From: an uncultured bacterium | GTDB taxonomy: Bacteria > Hydrogenedentota > Hydrogenedentia > Hydrogenedentales > JAEUWI01 | Length of the DNA stretch: 38,233 nt | Direction of reading: 5' to 3' | Assembly: GCA_963977445.1 (NCBI GenBank) | Contig: CAXBPH010000032.1 | Coordinates: forward strand, 1-38,233 | Part shown: positions 29,400 through 36,403 of the stretch, one piece after another | Numbering within the stretch: the stretch's first letter is position 1 | Layout of the letters: the number at the start of each line of letters is the position of its first letter | The notes under the pieces: generated by a model | The model's database searches: none | What the model was told of the DNA's origin: nothing | What the model saw: only the letters and a program-made list of their open reading frames with translations | Made by a program: the position numbers and the translations under genes

Positions 29400-29525
29400 A
29401 TGAAACACATCAGGCAGATTTCGACCCCTAAGGCCGATGCGTTTGTGGATTTCTACAACGCCCTCTACCGTGCGTGGATAGACTTTCGCAATGGCAAAAA
29501 GGACGAGGCCCAATCGGGGTTCTAG
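29400..29525 (+). CDS. Putative precursor peptide P5 (41 aa; not in the ORF track)
   Basis: ATG after GGAG. Translation: MKHIRQISTPKA-DAFVDFYNALYRAWIDFRNGKKDEAQSGF. Confidence 0.8.
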   Translation: MKHIRQISTPKADAFVDFYNALYRAWIDFRNGKKDEAQSGF

Positions 29526-29550
29526 TTCTTCAAAAACGATACATGTAGTA

Positions 29551-29591
29551 CCGGGGCCTGACGCCCAAAGCGCGGGTTCCGGTTCCTTTGT
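29551..29591 (+). terminator. Imperfect GC-rich hairpin with weak U-tail between the peptide array and the modifier genes
   Basis: CCGGGGCCTG-A-CGC / CCAAA loop / GCG-CGGGTTCCGG, followed by TTCCTTTGT. Confidence 0.4.
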
Positions 29592-29638
29592 TCAGGGGTG
29601 CCGATCTGCGGTTCGCCCGATGGAGACTATGCGCGACC

Positions 29639-30184
29639 ATGATTCGTGGGGAACATAGCTTTATCCGGGGTACGGAACAGGACGATGTGGAGGCCCTGTT
29701 CGGCCTTTATGCGCCCGGCGTACTTCGGGCCGGGCTACTCGATGCGCGGCGGGAACCCTTGCTGGTCACGCGGGACGATCTTCGCGATCTCCTGACCCGA
29801 AAGGAAATCGCGGACGGTAGCTTTTACACCGTTGAGTCGAAGACGGGGGCCATCGTGGGATTTTGTAGCATTCGCGGATTGAACACCGATGCCCGATTTG
29901 CTGAGTATGGTATTCAGTTCACCGATACGGACTGCTATGGGGCCGATCTGGCGAGGGAAGTGCATGATTTTCTCCTGGATCGGGCGTTTAAGCGTCTGGG
30001 GCTGCGCAAGGTTATTGCCCACGCTCTCACCGAAGAAACGGCGATGGTAGAATTTCTCCGGGGGAAGGGATTCATGTCTGCGGGCGTCCAGCGGGAAATT
30101 CTGTTTTCCCAGGGCACGTGGCATCACCTGGAAACGCTTGTCTTGAATAATCCGTCCTTCAACGCTTCCCAGGCCGTGAGTTAG
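29639..30184 (+). CDS. RimJ/RimL-type GNAT N-acyltransferase
   Basis: MIRGEHSFIR..EQDD start, AFKRLGLRKV and GF..AGVQRE...GTWH C-terminus. Confidence 0.8.
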   Translation: MIRGEHSFIRGTEQDDVEALFGLYAPGVLRAGLLDARREPLLVTRDDLRDLLTRKEIADGSFYTVESKTGAIVGFCSIRGLNTDARFAEYGIQFTDTDCYGADLAREVHDFLLDRAFKRLGLRKVIAHALTEETAMVEFLRGKGFMSAGVQREILFSQGTWHHLETLVLNNPSFNASQAVS

Positions 30185-30186
30185 CT

Positions 30187-30816
30187 ATGCCTTTCACAAC
30201 CACAACCTATATTCGCCGCGCTGAACGGGACGACCTCGACACCGTTGTTGCGTGGATGGAAAGTGCCGACTTTCAGCATTTTCTCTACGGCGATCCTGCC
30301 CGTTCTCCCAAACTGGTTCGGGAAAAGATCGTCGCCATGCTGGGGCGCGCCGTAGGCCATACCATGCCCGGCGGTATCTATCTGTTGATTGACTCGCCCG
30401 CCTTGGGACCGGTGGGGCTATTGTCCCTGCAGAATATCAGCTGGCGGAATCGTTCGTGCAGTATTGATCTGTACATTGGCAAGACGGAGCATCGCAGTGG
30501 GATTATAGCGGCCGGCGCGGTGTACCAAACGTTGGAGTATTGCTTTCACGAGCTGAACCTCCACCGGGTCAGTGCGTTCATCTATAGTTTTAATACGGCT
30601 TCCTGGCGCATATTGGAAAAGACCGGCGCGAAACGGGAGCTTATCCTGCAGGATCACGTCGCCCGGGATGGCAACCTATTTGACCTCTATGGCTACGGGC
30701 TGCTTCGCAGTGAATTCGACGCGTTTCGCGCCGAGTACCACCATACCGCTTCCGGCTTCTCCCTCGAGGCGATGATCGAAACCTTGGGGCGTGCCGGCAC
30801 GGAGCCCGACGGTTGA
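30187..30816 (+). CDS. RimJ/RimL-type GNAT N-acyltransferase
   Basis: IRRAERDDL, ISWRNRSCSIDLYIG, YCFHELNLHRV, FNTASWRILEKTG and YGLLRSEF. Confidence 0.88.
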   Translation: MPFTTTTYIRRAERDDLDTVVAWMESADFQHFLYGDPARSPKLVREKIVAMLGRAVGHTMPGGIYLLIDSPALGPVGLLSLQNISWRNRSCSIDLYIGKTEHRSGIIAAGAVYQTLEYCFHELNLHRVSAFIYSFNTASWRILEKTGAKRELILQDHVARDGNLFDLYGYGLLRSEFDAFRAEYHHTASGFSLEAMIETLGRAGTEPDG

Positions 30817-31706
30817 ATATTGTATTGCTCGCGACGCTGGTTGCCTATGCGATTCATGCGGTATGGGTGCACTCGCTCCAAGGCCCCGAAGCCGACGAGA
30901 CCGATACCCACCTGCACCGGGGAATGCCGTTCCCGATAATGCCACTGGGGCTTTTTCTGTTGTGCCAGGCCCTGGGCTCACCCGGCATTGCCGCATTCAT
31001 AAAATCACCGGGTACCTTGATCTTCGGCAGTGCGTTTTTCCTCTGGATGCTCTATCGCCAAGTGAAAAAGAATCGCACCGAGGCAGATGGAGGCGGCGAT
31101 ATTCGTTCTCAATGCTCCTATGCCCTCGGCGGCGTCCTCCAATCGGGCCTGCTCGTCGTCTCGTGTTACCTGGCCTATGAGGCTGGCGCGATTGGCAGGA
31201 GCCTTTTCAGTCCCGGTTGGGGTATACTAGGGGTTGTTGCGGGTCACTTTATCTTCGGCGTATCCCTGTGTTTCAGCCATCGTTCACTCGATTCACTGAA
31301 AAATATCGGGCGTTACGTCTTAGGCGTGCGTTCCGTGGCCCGATTTGCATTTGAGGCTCCGCGCCAGGTTTTCGCGTGCCTTGACGTGAGTCTGATGGAA
31401 GAGATTATTTATCGTGTGGCGGCGCAGAGTGTACTTGTCGTCTTGGTAGGGAATCCCACGATAGCGATCGTGCTGGTTGCCATCATCTTTTCCATCGTGC
31501 ATCGCCATTTCTTCTACAACCCTATCGTGGATTCGATAGAGTTTTTGGCCTTTTCCTTGCTTTTGGGCGGGCTATATTACTGGTCGGAGAGCTTGATACT
31601 TGTGGTGATGATACACACCATACGAAATTTTGAGATTGTTTACTTTGATCATGCGGAAGGTCCGCTGGCTGTATCAACGGCCAGGGCACTCCGTTTAAGG
31701 GCCTGA
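30813..31706 (+). CDS. CPBP (CAAX protease type II/Abi) intramembrane glutamic metalloprotease
   Basis: Multiple TM segments, and all three motifs: EEIIYR (EExxxR), FSIVH (FxxxH) and HTIRN (HxxxN). Confidence 0.88.
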   Translation: MNIVLLATLVAYAIHAVWVHSLQGPEADETDTHLHRGMPFPIMPLGLFLLCQALGSPGIAAFIKSPGTLIFGSAFFLWMLYRQVKKNRTEADGGGDIRSQCSYALGGVLQSGLLVVSCYLAYEAGAIGRSLFSPGWGILGVVAGHFIFGVSLCFSHRSLDSLKNIGRYVLGVRSVARFAFEAPRQVFACLDVSLMEEIIYRVAAQSVLVVLVGNPTIAIVLVAIIFSIVHRHFFYNPIVDSIEFLAFSLLLGGLYYWSESLILVVMIHTIRNFEIVYFDHAEGPLAVSTARALRLRA

Positions 31707-31712
31707 ACAGGA

Positions 31713-32738
31713 ATGTCGGATACTTCAGATAAATTCATTGAACTGGCTAATTTGAAAAAGTCGTTCGTGCTTCGCAATTTCTTCGTGAAAGACGAAGATA
31801 CGGGCAAACGTCGCCTCTATCGAAAAACCTTCGTGCACGCAGTGCAAGGGGTGGATTTCAGCATTGCCCGGGGAGAGATATTTGGCTTGCTCGGGCCCAA
31901 CGGTGCGGGCAAGACCACGACCGTCAAAATGCTTAGTGGGCTGGTGAAGCCTGACGGCGGGCATGTCACGGTGGATGGCCTGGAAGTTGAGCGCTATCGC
32001 CAGAAAGTGTTGCGCAAAGTCGGGGTCGTTCTCGAAGGTACCCGTACCAGCATCTGGCCATTGACGCCCCTGGAAAATCTGGCCTACTACGGCAATCTAA
32101 AAAATGTAAAAGGGGCCGTACTTAAAGAGCGGTCAAACCGACTACTCGACTTTATCGGCCTCAAAGATAAGAAAAACGTGGAAGTACGTCATCTTTCACG
32201 TGGCCAGAAACAGAAATTGGCCATATGTATCGCCATGATTGCCGATCCACAGGTGCTTCTGCTTGACGAACCCACCACGGGGTTGGATGTGCAGAGTGCC
32301 CGCGCGATTAAAGATAAAATTATCGAAATGACTCGGGAGCACGGGAAGAGTGTTCTCGTCACGACCCACGACATGCATGTGGCGCAAGAGCTCTGCGACC
32401 GGATCGGAATTATTGACAAAGGGAAGCTCGTGGCCTGTAAGCCGACACAAGAGCTCCTCGGTAACTTTTCTGAGCAGGTCTACGTCTTCCAACTGGATCG
32501 CGAACCCGAGCTGGCGGCCCTGCAGGCCCTCCCCGGCGTTCTTTCGGTAGAGCGGGAACTTACGGTGGACGGTCCGGCGGCCGTGGTCAGTCTCCAACCA
32601 GATAGTGAAGTTCGCTCCCGCGCGCTTTACGCGGTGGTGGAGACACTCGCGCGTGGCTCCTTTGAACTACGGGGCATCTCGCAGCGACAGCAGAATCTGG
32701 AGAGTATTTTCCTCCAATTGACCACCAGCAGTATTTAA
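31713..32738 (+). CDS. ABC exporter ATP-binding subunit
   Basis: Walker A GPNGAGKT, signature LSRGQ, Walker B LLLDEPT and H-loop TTHD. Confidence 0.95.
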   Translation: MSDTSDKFIELANLKKSFVLRNFFVKDEDTGKRRLYRKTFVHAVQGVDFSIARGEIFGLLGPNGAGKTTTVKMLSGLVKPDGGHVTVDGLEVERYRQKVLRKVGVVLEGTRTSIWPLTPLENLAYYGNLKNVKGAVLKERSNRLLDFIGLKDKKNVEVRHLSRGQKQKLAICIAMIADPQVLLLDEPTTGLDVQSARAIKDKIIEMTREHGKSVLVTTHDMHVAQELCDRIGIIDKGKLVACKPTQELLGNFSEQVYVFQLDREPELAALQALPGVLSVERELTVDGPAAVVSLQPDSEVRSRALYAVVETLARGSFELRGISQRQQNLESIFLQLTTSSI

Positions 32739-32782
32739 CGAAATCGTTTCGATTACGGAATGAAACAGGAGTTCGGAGAAAC

Positions 32783-33631
32783 ATGAGTTTTCTTCTCGTT
32801 ATGAAAGCCGAAATTGTGCAGGCCCTTATCATAATGCGCCGATATTGGTTTCGTACCATCATCGGAATGGTTATGGGTTATGGCATGCTGCTCGTCCTCA
32901 TTGCCGGCTTTATGGTAAGCCGCAAAGAAGTGACCGACATGGCCGTGGGGCGTTTTGGCGATGCAGAATCCGCTACCAACTTTGTGCTTGGATTTATTAT
33001 CGGCATGTTCGCCTTTGGGATTGTGGGTATGTTCACCCAGGGCATTCAGGGAATGGCAAGCACCGGCGTGTTGGAGCAGTTGTGCCTCAGCCCCCATGGC
33101 CTGATTACGAACTTTCTTGCCCGCAGCACGGTCGCAGGTATTACGACCTGTTTGTCTTCAAGTTTCATGGTTTGGCTGGTCACAGAGACGGTGGGGGGGC
33201 AGCTCTATTTCGATGGGCTGGCTTTGGCGTCCGTGCTGGTGCTCACCTTCATAAATCTGCTCGGATTTGGCTTTATGATGGGGGGGCTGGTCCTGGTCTT
33301 CAAGCAGGTGGGGCAGGTCGCCATCCTGATACGAATGGGGCTCTTTGCCCTGGCTATCTTCGCCAAAGAGGAACTGCTCCACAAAGGCTGGGCCATGGCA
33401 ACCTTTGTACATGCCCTTCCTATTGCGGATGCCGCCATCCTATTGAAATGGATATTAATCTCCAATCAGGGGCGTGAAGGAGACAACATGGAAAATTATG
33501 TCTCTGCCTTTCAGCACCCCTCCATGTTCTTTCTCATACTCAGTTGTGTGGTCTGGACCGGTTTGGGCATGACCTGCTTCAAACTGATGGAAAACTGGAG
33601 TCGCGCCAAAGGAACCCTGGGAACCTACTGA
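32783..33631 (+). CDS. ABC-2 type exporter permease
   Basis: About 6 TM helices, a GVLEQLCLSP motif and a C-terminal KGTLGTY; adjacent to the ATPase. Confidence 0.85.
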   Translation: MSFLLVMKAEIVQALIIMRRYWFRTIIGMVMGYGMLLVLIAGFMVSRKEVTDMAVGRFGDAESATNFVLGFIIGMFAFGIVGMFTQGIQGMASTGVLEQLCLSPHGLITNFLARSTVAGITTCLSSSFMVWLVTETVGGQLYFDGLALASVLVLTFINLLGFGFMMGGLVLVFKQVGQVAILIRMGLFALAIFAKEELLHKGWAMATFVHALPIADAAILLKWILISNQGREGDNMENYVSAFQHPSMFFLILSCVVWTGLGMTCFKLMENWSRAKGTLGTY

Positions 33632-35490
33632 TGGCACGAACCGCACTGCATCGATTCGAACGGGACGGCAGACGATTCGTGTTGGACACAGACACCTGTT
33701 TCTGTTTTGAGTGCGACGCCATATCCTGGGATGTGTTGGGATACTATCCCGACACGCCGGTGAATCAAATCGTCCATACCCTCGGTACGACGCACCCACC
33801 GGCGGAGCTGGAAGAAGTCATCGGCGAATTGGAGTGGTTGCGGGCAACAAAGTCCATCTTGCCGTTGAAAAAACAGCAGGATCAGATCAAAGATTTTGAG
33901 TTGGTGCCCGGACTGCGTCAATTGGATCTATCCCTTGACGGCAGAAATCGTCTCACGGAACGCTGTGATGGGGCACTCATGCTGCTTTTGGGGCGTTCGG
34001 GCACGCAGAAGAATCTGAAAATAAGCCTGTTCTTCAGTGATTTTGAAGGATTGGGCGAATGGTTGCCCCAGTGGGGGAAACGTGCCTTTGATTGCGCGAA
34101 GATGGCGGGGAAAGTTTTGACCCTTGGTCTGGTGCATACCGCCCCGCGCCGCCACCGCGCCGATAAAGCACTCGGAGACCACCCGGTAAACGTTGCCTGT
34201 ACCTTTACCACGGCAGACACCCTGGCGCCGACCTTGGGCGCCTGGTCGAAGGCCCGTTCCGGCGCGTTGGGACGTTTAACACGTAGCATCGGCACTGGGG
34301 AAGGAGAAGAGCTCTCCGTAACACTCGTACCCCACAACGGCACGTTTGACGCGGCGGTACGCTACCTGGTCAAAGAGGGCTTCAAGCGGGTCGATATCGA
34401 CATCATCGCTGCCTATGGTCACGTCGCCGCCGGGGAGAGCGATTCTATCGTGTCCGGACTGGAGTCAACGGCGGTCTTTTATGCCCAGGAACTCCTTAAG
34501 CGAAATTACTTCCGTCTGGAGCCCATCGCCGGACTCTTCCATCAGATATACGAGGGTAAGGCCCGCTCTCGGGCGGACGAAGCAGGCACTTGGTTACTCG
34601 CCATGGATGAACGTGGCGATATTTATCCTTCACGGCACTTTTTCGACGTCGCCGAGTATCGCCTGGGCAATATATGTGACGGTGATTTTGATGAGGACCG
34701 CCGCTCAACCTTTGACGACATGGGTATCATGACGACGTCGCCCTGTGGCACCTGTTGGGCACGTAATCTGTGCGGTGGCGGATACAGCGCGGTCCATCGC
34801 GTTCTTGGAGGTTCCATTCGTCGTCCCGATGGCACGTGGTGTGATTCCCAGCGAGATTGGTATGCTGCCGCGATCGCGGCGTTTAATATGCTTTCGGCAG
34901 AGGGGGTGGATTTTGCCCGCCTCTATCAGAACCTGCGCCCCGGAAAGGGGATGTCGCTCTGGGGAATGGCCCGGGCGGCCCTCACGATGAACGTGGGGCT
35001 ACGTCCCATTGAAGAATCGGATGCGGCGCTGCTGACCCGCTGGGAAAACTGGAGCGAGGCCGCCTATTTTCTGGGCAACGAATATGGCGTATTCCTGGCA
35101 ACCCGCTATGACCGGGAGATGGATTCCCTTCATCCCAGGGGCATTGAGCAGGAATTCATGATCATCTCCCGCCGCGGGGCTCCCCTGGGGCTTCTGAAAA
35201 TCAGGCCGGATGGTGTTGCTGGATTGGCTCGGGTCTGGATTTACTTCCAAGACCAGGCGCTCTATCAAGACAAGGCCACACGGAGTAGTTTTTCCCGAAT
35301 TATTAGAGAGGCTTCTAAGCAGGGCGCTTTCCGCCGATTCGTCGCGGCTTCCGGGCCCGGTGATAACGGACTGAGCGAGTTTCTGGAGGCCATCGGCTTC
35401 GCTCCCCTGGGTGTCGAGCGCGAGGCGTTGTTTCTCCACGATGCCTACCACGATATCGCGTTATTTCAGATGGTTATGAGTCCATCTTAA
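33631..35490 (+). CDS. RRE + degenerate radical-SAM core + SPASM + C-terminal GNAT fusion protein
   Basis: ATG overlaps the permease TGA. N-terminus is CteB-like RRE (HRFERDGRRFVLD...EEVIGELEWL). SPASM region reads GDIYPS..LGNI..CGTCWARNLCGGG..WC. C-terminus is a GNAT (LRPIEESD...GF..LGVERE). No CxxxCxxC motif. Confidence 0.8.
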   Translation: MARTALHRFERDGRRFVLDTDTCFCFECDAISWDVLGYYPDTPVNQIVHTLGTTHPPAELEEVIGELEWLRATKSILPLKKQQDQIKDFELVPGLRQLDLSLDGRNRLTERCDGALMLLLGRSGTQKNLKISLFFSDFEGLGEWLPQWGKRAFDCAKMAGKVLTLGLVHTAPRRHRADKALGDHPVNVACTFTTADTLAPTLGAWSKARSGALGRLTRSIGTGEGEELSVTLVPHNGTFDAAVRYLVKEGFKRVDIDIIAAYGHVAAGESDSIVSGLESTAVFYAQELLKRNYFRLEPIAGLFHQIYEGKARSRADEAGTWLLAMDERGDIYPSRHFFDVAEYRLGNICDGDFDEDRRSTFDDMGIMTTSPCGTCWARNLCGGGYSAVHRVLGGSIRRPDGTWCDSQRDWYAAAIAAFNMLSAEGVDFARLYQNLRPGKGMSLWGMARAALTMNVGLRPIEESDAALLTRWENWSEAAYFLGNEYGVFLATRYDREMDSLHPRGIEQEFMIISRRGAPLGLLKIRPDGVAGLARVWIYFQDQALYQDKATRSSFSRIIREASKQGAFRRFVAASGPGDNGLSEFLEAIGFAPLGVEREALFLHDAYHDIALFQMVMSPS

Positions 35491-35599
35491 TCGGCCCTTG
35501 CACCGCACCGAATCTTGGAGTAGACTGGTTATATATGGGAACTGTCGTCTCTACGCCGACGTACAGGAAATGTCAGATTCAAACTTCGAGGCCTATCCG

Positions 35600-35989
35600 A
35601 TGATTAAAGTTGTGATTGCTGATGACGACCCACACGTTGCCCGTTTTGAAGGACGCGTAATGGAATCGCTCGGATATTCAGCTATCCTCTGCCGCGATGG
35701 ATTGCGTGCGCTTTCTGTGTTGGAAGATAATCCCGATGTAAGTTTACTTATTACCGACGTCTCCATGCCCAATATGGGAGGCCGTGAGTTGGTTAGTGAG
35801 CTCCGCCGACATGGGCAATTTCAACGCCTGCCTATCATTTTGACCTCGGGGGTCGTTCGGGTTTCGGAAATCGCCGACTTACTCGATATCGGCGTGACCT
35901 GTTTTCTGGGAAAACCAGTGGAACTGGGTGACTTGAAAAGTTATGCCCGCAGTCTGGTAAGCCAGAAGACGGGCTCTCTGGTCGGCTGA
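35600..35989 (+). CDS. Single-domain response regulator (receiver)
   Basis: ADDD, LITDVSMPNMGG and LGKP; GAGG SD before ATG 35600. Confidence 0.9.
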   Translation: MIKVVIADDDPHVARFEGRVMESLGYSAILCRDGLRALSVLEDNPDVSLLITDVSMPNMGGRELVSELRRHGQFQRLPIILTSGVVRVSEIADLLDIGVTCFLGKPVELGDLKSYARSLVSQKTGSLVG

Positions 35990-36010
35990 CCGCGAGCAAC
36001 GGAGACCTGT

Positions 36011-36397
36011 ATGATACGTGTAGTCATTGCAGAAGATGAACCGACGGTAGCCAAAACGATAGCCCGCTGTATGCTCTCTCTGGGGTATCACCCCGTAATA
36101 TGCAGCGATGGTCAACGTGCCCTGAATGTCATCGAAGACAATCCAGACACGAAGCTACTCATCACGGACGTTTCCATGCCGAATTTCGATGGTCGTGATC
36201 TGGTCCAGCGATTACAAGCGAACGAAAAATTCAGCAAAATACCCACCATTGTCATCTCCGGTTTGGTGAGCGTGGCCGAGATTGCCCACCTGGTCGACAA
36301 TGGCGTGACCTACTTTCTGGGCAAGCCTGTCAATCTCGAAGACCTGAAGGAACACGCACGAAGTCTGGTTGAGCATGACCGTCATCCTGTAGAGTGA
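36011..36397 (+). CDS. Single-domain response regulator (receiver), paralog of the upstream gene
   Basis: AEDE, LITDVSMPNFDG and LGKP; GGAGA SD. Confidence 0.9.
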   Translation: MIRVVIAEDEPTVAKTIARCMLSLGYHPVICSDGQRALNVIEDNPDTKLLITDVSMPNFDGRDLVQRLQANEKFSKIPTIVISGLVSVAEIAHLVDNGVTYFLGKPVNLEDLKEHARSLVEHDRHPVE

Positions 36398-36403
36398 CCC
36401 GTC

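Noticed and set aside
29010..29513. 167-aa minus-strand ORF over the peptide array
   Set aside because: It is the antisense shadow of P3-P5, which have SD sites and a shared motif.
28437..29525. Peptides as type IV/Flp pilins (class III signal, RA|Q)
   Set aside because: There is no consistent +5 Glu or hydrophobic run directly after the cleavage site, and no prepilin peptidase or pilus assembly genes nearby. The RRE, CPBP and ABC context fits a RiPP better.
33631..35490. Active sactipeptide/ranthipeptide radical-SAM maturase
   Set aside because: No CxxxCxxC motif. The N-terminal CFCFEC lies in the RRE strands with the wrong spacing, and four of five cores lack Cys.
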